From Methanomassiliicoccaceae archaeon (GTDB taxonomy: Archaea > Thermoplasmatota > Thermoplasmata > Methanomassiliicoccales > UBA472), in contig CAWBKY010000007.1 in NCBI GenBank assembly GCA_963789555.1, positions 101,999 through 165,998 on the forward strand: a stretch of DNA of 64,000 bases, given 5' to 3'. A model generated the notes under the pieces. It saw only the letters and a list, made by a program, of their open reading frames with translations, ran no database searches and was not told the origin of the DNA. Below, in pieces: positions 29,308 to 39,362 of this stretch (its first letter is position 1; each line of letters opens with the position of its first letter). The translations under genes were made by a program, and so were the position numbers.

Positions 29308-30445
29308 ATGGCCGACAAGCGCGATTACTATGAGGTCCTGGGGGTCCCCAAGGACGCCAACGCGGAGGACATAAAGAAGGCCTACCGCCAGTTGGCCCGC
29401 CAGTACCACCCGGACGTGACCAAGGAGGACCCCAAGATGGCGGAGGAGCGCTTCAAGGAGATCTCCGAGGCCTACGAGGTGCTGGTGGACACGGAGAAGC
29501 GCGCCTTTGTACGACAAGTACGGCCATGCCGGGGTGCAGCCCCAGTTCCGCGAGGGGAACTTCACCTGGAACGATTTCAGCCACGCCTCCGACCTAGGGG
29601 ACATATTTGGGGACATGGGCTTCGGCTTCGGCGGGGACCTGTTCGACATGTTCTTCGGCGGGGGAAGGCGCCGGGGTCCGAGGCAGGGCAACAATCTCCG
29701 TTACGATATCGAGATCACGCTGGAGGAGGCCTCGTTAGGGATGGAGAAAGAGGTCACGGTGCCCATCTCCTCCAAGTGCGAGGATTGCGACGGCACCGGG
29801 TCCAAGAGCAAGCGCTCCACTCGATGCCAAGCTTGCGGCGGTCAAGGCCAGGTGCAACGCGTGGAGCGTCGCGGGCCGGTGCAGTATGCCAACATCGTCA
29901 CCTGCCCGACCTGCCGGGGACTGGGGAAGGTGGTGTCGGACCCCTGTCCCAAGTGCAATGCCATCGGGTATGTCCGAAAAAGCAGGACCATATCCCTCAC
30001 CGTCCCCAAAGGGGTCGACACGGGCATGACCTTCCGCGTGCCAGGCGCAGGCGAGCCCAGTCAGAACGGCGGCCCGCCCGGCGACCTGTTGGTCGTGGTG
30101 CATGTGAAGGAGCACGAGCTCTTCAAGCGGGACGGGGCCAACATCTACATGAACTGGCCCATAGGTTTCGCCGAAGCAGCCCTCGGTGCCAAGCTCGAGG
30201 TGCCCACCCTCCATGGCCAGGCCGAGCTCTCCGTTCCGGCCGGCACCCAGACCGACACGGTGTTCCGTCTCAAGGGCTCCGGGCTGGAGGTCTTCGGGGG
30301 CCGGGGCAAGGGCGATCAGTTCGTCCAGGTCAAGGTCCAGGTGCCCAAGAAGCTCACGACGGAGCAGAAGGAGCTGTTGCGCAAGTTCGCCGAGCTCGAC
30401 GAGACGAAGAAGGGATTCTTCTCCCGTTTCGCCCACAGCAAGTAG
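29308..30445 (+). CDS. dnaJ: Hsp40 co-chaperone DnaJ (type I, zinc-finger domain); one apparent frame break at the TTT run 29506-29508
   Basis: J-domain [31 protein letters not shown]...EKRA in frame 1. LYDKYGHAG, a G/F-rich region and CEDCDGTGS...CQACGGQG...CPTCRGLG...CPKCNAIG in ORF 29507..30445. Confidence 0.9.
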
Positions 30446-30515
30446 GCTGACCATGTCTTAGCACGGCATCGAAAAGGATTATGAATCGCTGAAACCTGGG
30501 GCTCTCTGCTTCGAG

Positions 30516-31764
30516 GTGTCAGTCCACGGTAGGTTTTCCTGGGACCAAAGGGTCGCTACAAGGCTTCGACCGCCGCATCTGGATCCTGTTCTACGGCAGG
30601 ATAGCGACAGCGGCGGGCTTCTGCCTGGCCATCCCCTTCCTGTCGCTCTACCTGCACAACGAGCTGGGCATCACCATGTCGGTGGTGGGCCTGGTGCTGT
30701 TGGTGGCGACGTTGATCGGTTCCATGGGCCAGATAGTCGGTGGCGAGCTCGCTGACCGCTACGGGCGGCGAAAGGTCATGCTGCTCGGTCTGGCATGGCG
30801 GGCGGTGGCGTTCCTGCTCATCAGCTTCGCCATCGGTGCCGGGGCGGACTATCTGCTCCTGGCCGGACTGATAACTCTCAGCTCCTTCGGTGGTTCCATG
30901 TTCGACCCCGCCTCGAACGCGATGATAGCGGACGTGGTGGAGCCCTCCAAGCGGTTGGAGGCGTACAGCTTCCTGCGCATCGCCCAGAACATCGGCTGGG
31001 CCCTGGGCCCGATGATCGGCGGCATTCTGACCATATGGGTGTCGTTCAGCACGCTCTTCCTCCTCGGTTCCATCGCCACCATGTGCGTGACGGTCTTCCT
31101 TTACCTGTACATCGAGGAATCGCTGCGCCCTGGACAGGCCACGCAGCGCTTCAGTCTGAGGGACATCGGGCACGTGACCTCGGACCGCACCTTCATGACC
31201 TATTGCATGGTCTCGATCCTGCTGTTCATCATGTTCGGGCAGATGTCGTCCACCTATGCGGTGTTCAGCACGGACACGCTGGGCCTGAGCACGCCAGAGG
31301 TGGGCTACCTCTGGGCCTGGAACGGCCTGTTGGTGATCGTCCTGCAGTTCCCCATCGCCCGTTGGGTGTCGCCCTACAAGATGTCCAGCGTGATGGCGCT
31401 GGGGGCGCTGCTCTATGCCGTGGGCTATGGCATCACGGGCTTCGCCACTGGCTTCCTGTTCCTGCTCATGAACATGTCCATCATCACCTTCGGGGAGATG
31501 GTGGTGTCGCCGGCGGCGATGAACCTCACCGCCAACATGTCCCCGGAGAACGAGCGCGGTCGCTATATGGGGGTGTTCGGCCTCTTCTCCTCCATCGGCT
31601 TCAGCATGGGCCCCTTCGCCGGGGGCGTGATCATGGACACGGTGACGCAGAACGATGTCCTGATGTGGGCCGCCATCGGTTCCTTCGGCGTCCTCGCCGC
31701 GCTGGGCTATTTGTTCCTGGGGCGGCGCCTCAGCGCCCAGAAGAACTCCGCCGTCGGTGCGTGA
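30516..31764 (+). CDS. MFS transporter, paralog 1; apparent 1-nt insertion in the TTTT run 30534-30537
   Basis: GTG 30516 gives MSVHGR. One T fewer would continue FPGTKGSLQGFDRRIWILFYGRIATAAGF... into ORF 30676..31764, which parallels the N-terminus of paralog 2 (FPKGYDRRIWILFYSRLIDGVGF). Contains ELADRYGRRKV. Confidence 0.75.
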
Positions 31765-31773
31765 GGTGGGGAA

Positions 31774-32979
31774 ATGACCAAATTGTTCCCCAAGGGCTAT
31801 GACCGGCGCATCTGGATACTGTTCTATTCCCGCCTCATCGACGGGGTGGGCTTCAGCATCATCGGGCCGTTCCTGGCCCTGTTCATGTACCAGAGCCTGG
31901 GGGTCTCCATGGCCATGGTGGGCCTGGTGCTGCTGATGGCCGGTCTGGCCGGTGCAGGCGGAAGCCTCGTCGGCGGCCTGATGGCCGATCGTTACGGTCG
32001 ATGGGGGGTCATGACCTGGTCCATGCTGTTGCGCTGCGTCACCTTCCTGGTGCTGGCGTTCCAGGTGTCCCTCTGGCCCGACGTGCTGGGGGTATCGATC
32101 ACCCTCACGTTGAGCTACTTCTTCGGTGGCGTCTTCGACCCGGCGAACAATGCCATGGTGGCGGACCTGGTGGAGCCGGCGAAACGGCTGGAGGCGTACG
32201 GCCTGATGCGAGTGGCCTGGAACCTGGGCTTTGCCATCGGTCCCATGATCGGCGGCATATTGGTGGCCTGGTCGTTCCTATGGACCTTCGTCATCAGCGC
32301 CGTGATATCCCTGCTCGCCGCCTTAGTGGTGGCTTTCTTCCTGAGCGAGACCTACGTGCCCAAACCGAGGGAGAAAGGACCGGGACTGCTGAAGAGCATC
32401 GGTTCGGTGAACAAGCTCTTCCTGGTCTTCTGCTTCGTGCTCATGCCCATGTTCATCATGTCCGGCCAGTTCGGAGTGATCTACGTGGTCTTCGCCAACG
32501 AGAGGGTGGGCATCGACACCGTCACCATCGGGGCGATCTTCGCCTTGAACGGCCTGATGGTGGTGCTGCTGCAGTTCCCGATCGCACGCTGGCTGGAGGG
32601 GCGTAACTACTATCTGGCCATGGCCGGCGGGTCGCTGCTCTACGCGGTCGGCTACCTGGCCATAGCCCCCATCTCCAACGGTCTGGGCCTGGCCCTCACC
32701 ATGGTCATCATCACCTTCGGGGAGATGGTGGTGGTCCCGGTCGCCACCAACCTCACGGTGGAGATGTCCCCGGAGGACCAAAGGGGCAAGTACCTGGGCA
32801 TCTTCGGCCTGTTCGCTTCGGTGGGCTGGTTCGCCTCCTCGCTGGTGGGCGGCATCATGTATGACAACATCTCCTCGGGCTGGGTGCTGTGGGGGGTCGT
32901 GGCCTTCCTCGGGGTGGTGACGGCGGTGGGCCTGCTGCCATTGGCTTTGAGGGCCAAGCGCATGTCGGCAAAGAATTAA
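31774..32979 (+). CDS. MFS transporter, paralog 2
   Basis: About 12 predicted hydrophobic segments and the LMADRYGRWGV loop motif. Alignable by eye with the upstream gene along its full length. Confidence 0.8.
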   Translation: MTKLFPKGYDRRIWILFYSRLIDGVGFSIIGPFLALFMYQSLGVSMAMVGLVLLMAGLAGAGGSLVGGLMADRYGRWGVMTWSMLLRCVTFLVLAFQVSLWPDVLGVSITLTLSYFFGGVFDPANNAMVADLVEPAKRLEAYGLMRVAWNLGFAIGPMIGGILVAWSFLWTFVISAVISLLAALVVAFFLSETYVPKPREKGPGLLKSIGSVNKLFLVFCFVLMPMFIMSGQFGVIYVVFANERVGIDTVTIGAIFALNGLMVVLLQFPIARWLEGRNYYLAMAGGSLLYAVGYLAIAPISNGLGLALTMVIITFGEMVVVPVATNLTVEMSPEDQRGKYLGIFGLFASVGWFASSLVGGIMYDNISSGWVLWGVVAFLGVVTAVGLLPLALRAKRMSAKN

Positions 32980-33006
32980 GTGGGATCGGGGGCCAGTTAA
33001 GAGCAG

Positions 33007-33759
33007 ATGCGCATCATCGGCGTCATGACCGAGGACTTCCAGTTCTACTATCGCTTGGTCCGCAGGCTCAAGGAGAGGGACGAGCCGTTCGTTTCGCTGG
33101 GCTTCGAGGACGCCCTGCCCTACAACATCGGGGCGATAATCACCACGCCCAACGAGGTGGCCCGGGCGCCCCCCATCCTGGTGGTCGCCTCCGAAGACCC
33201 GGAGGCGGCCATAAACCAGGCCAAGGTGATGATGCAGGGGAGAAGCTTCAAGGTCTTGGTGGTCGGCATCGACCCGGGTCGGACCACGGGCATCGCGGTG
33301 GTGGGCAACGGAAAGGTGCTTTTGACCGATACGGTAGGATGGCCGGAAAAGGCGGTGGCGGCGGTGGAGCGGATGATCGCCGGTCTGGAATACGAGGAGC
33401 TGCTGGTGCGGATCGGGCATGGCGACCGCACGGTGCGCAACCGCATCATCCAGTCGCTATGGGGCCTGGCGGACCGAGTGGAGATAGTGGACGAGACGAA
33501 CACCACCCGACGCACCCTGGTCCCCGACATCGATGCCGCCATCCTCATATCCCGGACCATGGGGGAGGAGCTGGAATCCGCCCCCGCCATCGACCCGACG
33601 CCCGGAGAGGTCCGCGAGGTGAAGAGACAGTCCCGGCTGGCAAGCGATGGCTCCTTCACCATAACCACCGAGCTGGCAAGGCGAGTGGCCAAGGGCGAGC
33701 TGACCATGGACGAGGCCCTGGCCTGGCATGCCTCTCGGAAGGACCGACGTAATAAGTGA
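33007..33759 (+). CDS. conserved-looking hypothetical protein with possible RNase H-like (RuvC/YqgF-type) core
   Basis: The only recognisable cue is VLVVGIDPGRTTGIAVVGNG, which resembles the first strand and acidic residue of RuvC/YqgF-fold nucleases. The rest is unassigned. Confidence 0.35.
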   Translation: MRIIGVMTEDFQFYYRLVRRLKERDEPFVSLGFEDALPYNIGAIITTPNEVARAPPILVVASEDPEAAINQAKVMMQGRSFKVLVVGIDPGRTTGIAVVGNGKVLLTDTVGWPEKAVAAVERMIAGLEYEELLVRIGHGDRTVRNRIIQSLWGLADRVEIVDETNTTRRTLVPDIDAAILISRTMGEELESAPAIDPTPGEVREVKRQSRLASDGSFTITTELARRVAKGELTMDEALAWHASRKDRRNK

Positions 33760-33768
33760 TGCCAGGGC

Positions 33769-35292
33769 CTAGAACGCCACCCGGGTGAAAGCCGGCACCT
33801 TGGCCAGGACCATCCCCTCGATGATCATCGGGTTGATCTTCTGGGCCACCGTCAGGGCCTGCTGCAGCTTGGCATCGTTATCGGCATAGAGCGTCAGGAT
33901 CTTTTCCCCGGCGTCGACCTTGTGGCCCACCTTCTTGTGGATCTCCAGTCCCGCTCCCTTGTCCCGGGGCGAGCCCGCTGCCCTGGCCACCTTCACTATG
34001 TCCCTGTTCTTCACCTTGTTCACATAGCCAGATTTGGTGGCCAGGACATCCACGGAATACTTTCCCACCGGGATGTCATCGGCCTTGATGTCCGCGTTCC
34101 CGCCTTGGGCGGCCACGATCTCACGGAACTTGGCCAGGGCCTTTCCGTTCTCCAGCAGCTCCCTGGCCCTGACCTCCCCATGGTTGTAGCCTTGGCCCAT
34201 GTCGAAGAGCATGCCTGCCAATGCCACCGCTTTCTCGATGACGCTGTTGGGTTCCTTCGCCCCTTCCAATATGGAGATGGCCTCGCGGGCCTCCAGGGCC
34301 GCCCCTATGGCCCGGCCCACCGGCTGACCGCCATAGGTGATGGCGCACTCCACCCGGATGCCCAGCAATTCGCCGAGCTCGATGAAGTCCTTGGCATAGG
34401 TCTTGGCCTTCTCCATGTCCGGTACCTTGGTCCCCTCTCCCATCGGTATGTCCATGAGCAGGTAGTCCGCCCCCACGGCCTTCTTCTTCGACATGACCGA
34501 GGCCAGGAGCTGGGCGTGCGGGTCGATGCCCAACGGGTATTCGGCGCGGATGATGACGTCGTCGGCCGGTGCGAGGTTCAGCGAACCCCCCCAGGCCAGT
34601 ACGCCTCCCACGCTCTCGGTGATGTTCTTCAGCTGCGTGGCGCTCAGGTCCACGTCACAGAAGGTCTCCACGATGTCCGCCGTGCCAGCGGCGCTGCTGA
34701 TGGCCCGGGAGGAGGTCTTGGGGATCAGATAGCCCCCCGCGGCGATGATCGGTACTATGATGAGGCTCACCTTGTTCCCTGGGCAACCACCGATGCTGTG
34801 GTGGTCGAAGATGGGGCCTCGGTCGAACTTGATGACGTCCCCGGTCTCCACCATGGCACGGGTGAGGTCAGCGGTCTCCCGGATGTTCATCCCTCGGATG
34901 TGCAGCGAGGTCACGTAAGCGGAGAGCTCCACCGGGGAGAGGATGTGCTGGGCTATGTCCCCCACCAACGTATAGATCTCGTCCTTGGACAGCTCCAGGC
35001 CGTCCATCTTGCGGCGGATGATGTCCACGCTCTCTGGCTTGGACGCCGCCACCACCTCCAATGGCTCCATGTGCTCCGGCCCGAAGTTCTTGAACGTCGC
35101 CCCCATGAGGCCGATCTCCCCTCTCTGGATGACGGTGTCCGAGGTGTTCACGATGGCCACTGCGCTATTCCCCTCATGGGTTATGCGCACCCGGTCCATC
35201 TCCCTGAGGCCGAGCTCCGCCGCATCATCGTCGTTCAACAGGGCGGTCAGCTCGCCAGTGTCGACGTCCACATACTTGGCCTTCAGCTTCAT
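33769..35292 (-). CDS. deoA: AMP phosphorylase (thymidine-phosphorylase family with N-terminal extension)
   Basis: MKLKAKYVDVDTGELTALLNDDDAAELGL N-domain, then HSIGGCPGNKVSLIIVPIIAAGG, TSSRAISSAAGTADI and LMDIPMGEGTKV. I chose the start at Met-55 of the ORF (35292). The longer ORF overlaps rbcL. Confidence 0.85.
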   Translation of the reverse strand: MKLKAKYVDVDTGELTALLNDDDAAELGLREMDRVRITHEGNSAVAIVNTSDTVIQRGEIGLMGATFKNFGPEHMEPLEVVAASKPESVDIIRRKMDGLELSKDEIYTLVGDIAQHILSPVELSAYVTSLHIRGMNIRETADLTRAMVETGDVIKFDRGPIFDHHSIGGCPGNKVSLIIVPIIAAGGYLIPKTSSRAISSAAGTADIVETFCDVDLSATQLKNITESVGGVLAWGGSLNLAPADDVIIRAEYPLGIDPHAQLLASVMSKKKAVGADYLLMDIPMGEGTKVPDMEKAKTYAKDFIELGELLGIRVECAITYGGQPVGRAIGAALEAREAISILEGAKEPNSVIEKAVALAGMLFDMGQGYNHGEVRARELLENGKALAKFREIVAAQGGNADIKADDIPVGKYSVDVLATKSGYVNKVKNRDIVKVARAAGSPRDKGAGLEIHKKVGHKVDAGEKILTLYADNDAKLQQALTVAQKINPMIIEGMVLAKVPAFTRVAF

Positions 35293-36557
35293 GCCGAACC
35301 CCACCTTTCCAACGCCATGCGGAGCTCCCGATGGTCCTTGGCGTACTCCTCCGCCGTCAGGCCGAGGTAGCCCGCCTCCACCGCTTGGGCCATGGCCATG
35401 GCCCCGCCCCGCACGCCCAGAGGATGACCGGAGACGCCACCGCCGGCCTGGCATTGCAGGTCCTTGCCGGCGATCCTGATGAGGGCAGGGATCATGCCCG
35501 GCTGCAGCCCTCCCGAGGCCACTGGCATCATCGGCCTGTAAGGAACCTCCGAGTTAAGGCACATGTCGCGGTACACGAGGTCGTGGCTGGCCTCGCCCTT
35601 CATCTTGCCCACTCCGAAGGTGCCGATGTGCAAAGCGTCACCACCGCACATGCGGGTCAGCTTGGCGAAGACCTTCATGGAGATGCCGTGGTCCTTGTTC
35701 CGGGTCATGGCCCCATGCATGGTGCGGTGCACGTGGATGGGCAGCTTGATGGACGGGTCCTCCGCCAGGACCTGCACCGCCCCGAAGCCGCAGGTTAGGA
35801 CGTCCACCATGATCTGCGAGGCGCCCAATTCCTGGGCCCGCTCCGCCACCTCCAGGATCTGGTGGCCGTTGGTGCTGACGTTGATGGCATGGATCATGAT
35901 ATGGCCGGACTCGCTCCTCACCCGGTCCAGGGCGTCGGCGATGGCCACCACCCGCTCCTCCAGCGGGCAGAACCTCTGGTTGGAGAGCGTCTCATCGTCC
36001 TTGCCGTTGGTCAGCCCGCCCATCCCCGCCTCGTACACATAGGCCGCGGTCTCCTCCGGGCTCAGGCCGATCTTCGGTTTGACTATGGTCCCCACCAACG
36101 GCCTCTCCGGCCGCTTCAATATCTTCCGTAGGCCTTCCACCCCGAACTTGGGCCCTTTGAACTCCCTCAGCATCGATCTCGGGAAGATGACGTCCTCCAA
36201 ACGGACGCCCTCGATGGAATCCAGGCCGAAGAGGTTGCCGGCCACTATGCTCAGCACTTGCGGGACGCCTCCGATGTCCAGGCTGAAATCCTCCTCCGGG
36301 AACGCGATCTTGGCGACGTTGCCCTCGATCTCGATGACCTTGCCGCTGCGCTTGAGGAAGTTCTCCTCCTTGAGCGTGCTGATCTCGGTCCAGGTCCCGG
36401 TGGATTGTTCGGTGGCGATGGCCGCCGCCGCCTCCCTCATGGTCATCTGGGTGCTCTTGATCTTATAGACGCACACGACATGCGCGTCCAGGTCGATCTT
36501 CTCGCCGAGGTGCAAGTACTTGTCCGAATAGCTCTGAGGCGTTGTCATTTCGTTCAC
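35289..36557 (-). CDS. rbcL: ribulose-1,5-bisphosphate carboxylase, archaeal form III type
   Basis: Catalytic signatures are present: GTIVKPKIGL, GKDDETLSNQ (carbamylated Lys/Asp/Glu), HVHRTMHGA, PVASGGL, QAGGGVSGHP. The stop overlaps the AMP phosphorylase ATG (ATGA). Confidence 0.85.
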   Translation of the reverse strand: MNEMTTPQSYSDKYLHLGEKIDLDAHVVCVYKIKSTQMTMREAAAAIATEQSTGTWTEISTLKEENFLKRSGKVIEIEGNVAKIAFPEEDFSLDIGGVPQVLSIVAGNLFGLDSIEGVRLEDVIFPRSMLREFKGPKFGVEGLRKILKRPERPLVGTIVKPKIGLSPEETAAYVYEAGMGGLTNGKDDETLSNQRFCPLEERVVAIADALDRVRSESGHIMIHAINVSTNGHQILEVAERAQELGASQIMVDVLTCGFGAVQVLAEDPSIKLPIHVHRTMHGAMTRNKDHGISMKVFAKLTRMCGGDALHIGTFGVGKMKGEASHDLVYRDMCLNSEVPYRPMMPVASGGLQPGMIPALIRIAGKDLQCQAGGGVSGHPLGVRGGAMAMAQAVEAGYLGLTAEEYAKDHRELRMALERWGSA

Positions 36558-37478
36558 TCTGTGAAAATGGATTCCTGACCGAACTCACGCACGATGATCT
36601 CGTAGGCGGCGTATGGGGGCACCACGCCTATCTCGGTTATGATGGAGTCGATGTACTCCGGCGGGGTGGCGTCGAACACCGGGTTGAAGACGCGCACTGA
36701 GGACGGCACCTCGCCAGGCTTGACCACCTCCAGCGAATCGCGCTCCTCTATCTCCACCATCTCCCCCATCATGGTGCGCGGCGAGAACTTGAACGTCTCG
36801 GCGCAGACATAGAACGGGACGCGGGCCTCATGGGCCGCCAGCGCCAGCTGGGAGGTGCCGATCTTGTTGATGACCGCACCGTTGGAGGCGATGGTGTCGG
36901 CCCCGACCACGACCGCGTCCATGTCCTTCATGACGTGCCGCACCGCCGAATCGATGATGAGGGTCACGTCCACCCCGGCCTTGCTCAACTGGTTGGCGGT
37001 CAGTATGCCCTGCCTCCACGGCCTGGACTCGGTGGCGAAGGCCTTGATGTGCTTTCCCTGCCGCTGGGCGGTGGTGATGACGCTGAGGGCCGCCTGGCTG
37101 TTGCAGTGCGTCATCACACGGTCCCCTTCCTTCAATCGGTTGGCGCCGTTCCTCCCGATGAGGGCGACCGCCTCCTCGGAGCGCTTGATGAAGACCGTGG
37201 CGTTCCTGACCACCATCTGGCGCAGTTCTTCGCCATCCTTCTGGTGGTTCATGCCCTTGAGGACGAACTGAACGCCGTTCCACAGGGATATGGCGGTCGG
37301 TCTGGAGGCCAGGAGCACCTCGCGGGCGGCCAATAGACTTTGGCGCATGCCTTCGGCATCATCACCATCATAGTCCTCTCGCCTCCTCGCACAGGGCCCG
37401 GGCCGCCTGGCGCGCTATCTCCGCGGCTCCGCGCACCTCCATGGACCTGATCCTTTCGGCCGTCTCCTTGGCGTTCAT
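36554..37478 (-). CDS. ribose-1,5-bisphosphate isomerase (eIF-2B alpha/beta/delta-like); apparent frame break near 37375
   Basis: My translation from ATG 37478 gives MNAKETAERIRSMEVRGAAEIARQAARALCEEAR, then a stop. One frame over continues EDYDGDDAEGMRQSLLAAREVLLASRPTAISLWN...VVGADTIASNGAVINKIGT (ORF 36554..37348). The stop overlaps the GTG start of rbcL. Confidence 0.8.
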
Positions 37479-37516
37479 TTCCTCGCCGCCCTATTGGAGG
37501 GAGGGAGTCATAAACA

Positions 37517-39266
37517 TTACCTTGCCAGATGTTGCCTTGGATAACCATGGTTCAGTCGCCGCAACGCCCTTTCCAGCCCTGCCAATGGGAGCGTGTTCAA
37601 TACCTGGTCCGGACCGACCCACCCCCGCCTCGCCTGCGCCACGCCATACACCATGTTGTCCAGATGGGAGGGGTGATGGGAATCGGTGTTCACCACCAGC
37701 ATGTTGCCGTTGTCCCGGGCCATACGACAATGCCTGTCGTTCAGGTCCAGGCGCTCCGGGAACGAGTTGACCTCGAGGAAGACCTGCTTGGCCTTGGCCT
37801 CGTCCAGCAGCTTCTCCATGTCCACCGGGTAGGCCTCCCGTTGGCCGATGGCCCGGCCGGTGGGATGGGCCAGGATGTTGAGATGGTCATTGGAGAGCGC
37901 GGTCAGCAAGCGTGCCGTCATCTCCGTCTCGCTCATCTTGAAACGGGTATGCACCGCGCCGATGACATAGTCCAGCTCCGCCAGGACCTGAGAGGGGTAG
38001 TCCAGCTTGCCCCGTTCGTCGATCTCCACCTCCGCCCCTATGAGGACATGGATCCCTCCCAAGGAGGCGGTCAGGGCGCGGGCCTTCTCCACATTCTGCC
38101 GCAGACGCCCCACATCCAAACCGTTGGCGATGCGCAGCGATTCCGAATGGTCGGTGATGCCTACGTAATGATAGCCCTTCGCCATCGCCGCCCTGGCCAT
38201 ATCCTCCATGGACATGGCCCCGTCGGATGCCTCGGTGTGCATGTGCAGGTCGCCCTTGATATCGCTCATCGAGACCAGTTCGGGCAGGGCGTGCCGCTCG
38301 GACAGCTCTATCTCTCCCTGGTCCTCCCGCATCTCCGGGGGCATGATGTCCATGCCTAAGGCCAGGTAGACCTCCTCCTCGGTCGCCGACGCCACCAACT
38401 GGTCCGTGTCCTTGAGGAAGAGCCCGTACTCGTTCAGCTTGTAACCTCGATCGATGGCGCGGGAGCGGAGCTTGACGTTGTGCTCCTTGGAGCCGGTGAA
38501 GTAGAGGAGCGCGGCCCCATAGCTGCCCGCCTCGACCACCCGAAGGTCCACCTGGGTGCCGTTGGCGAGCCTCACCGCCGATTTCGTCGGTCCCTTGGCC
38601 AACACCTCTTCTACCTCGGGATAGGATACGAAGACATCACTGGCCCGCTCCGGCCTGTCCGTCCCCACCAGGATGTCGATGTCGCCGATGGTCTCCTTCA
38701 TGCGACGCAGGCTGCCCGCCACGCTCACCATGTCCAGGCCCCCCTTCTCCCTCAAGTAGGAAACGATGCCCGCCGCCACAGGGTGGGCGTAGCCCAGCAA
38801 CATCCGCCCCTGGTTCCGCTCCAAGAACTCGACCCCCTTGAGGATGTTCTCCTCGGTCCGGTCCCCGAAGCCCTTCAGTCGGCGGATGCGATGCTGCTCC
38901 GCCGCCACCTTGAGGTCCTGGACATTGGTCACCCGCAGCTCGGTGTACAGGCGCATGGCGGTCTTCGGGCCGATCTCCGGGACATCCATGACCTGCATCA
39001 GGCCGGCAGGGAACTCGTCGTGCAGCTCCTTCAGATAACGCAGCTCCCCGGTCTCTATGATCTCCTTCACCTTGGCCTCTATGGCCTCGCCGACGCCCGG
39101 AATGTCCTTGAGCTGGCCCCTTTTGTAGACTTCCACTATGTCCTCTTGTGAGGGACTCGATGTTGCGAGCGGCCTTGCGGTAGGCCTGGGGCTTGAAGCG
39201 CTCTTCCTTCAGCTCTAGAAGGTCCGCTATCTCGTAAAGGATGCCCGCCACCTTCTCGTTCATCAT
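37517..39266 (-). CDS. polX: family X DNA polymerase with C-terminal PHP domain; apparent frame break near 39143-39150
   Basis: N-terminus MMNEKVAGILYEIADLLELKEERFKPQAYRKAARNIESLT is in one frame, then EDIVEVYKRGQLKDIPGVGEAIEAKV (HhH), GSLRRMKETIGDIDILV (catalytic Asp pair) and the PHP motif GDLHMHTEASDG...ITDHS in ORF 37517..39136. Confidence 0.85.
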
Positions 39267-39362
39267 CGCATTGCTATCATTGGCCCGACATCATCATATC
39301 GGTTTCGGGCAAAGTTACTTGTTCCAGCGCCTCCCAATCCCCGGGTCGAGGGAGAACCGATC

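Noticed and set aside
29495-29515. Programmed ribosomal frameshifting in dnaJ, and likewise in dnaK, grpE and tfs
   Set aside because: The breaks occur in dozens of unrelated genes, in both directions, without canonical X-XXY-YYZ slippery heptamers or downstream structures I could see, and often at plain homopolymers. Indel error or mutation is the simpler explanation.
35293-35454. 54-codon N-terminal extension of the AMP phosphorylase ORF
   Set aside because: It overlaps the 3' end of rbcL and encodes a Gly/Arg-rich nonsense peptide. MKLKAKYVDVD at 35292 matches the family N-terminus and forms an ATGA overlap with the rbcL stop.
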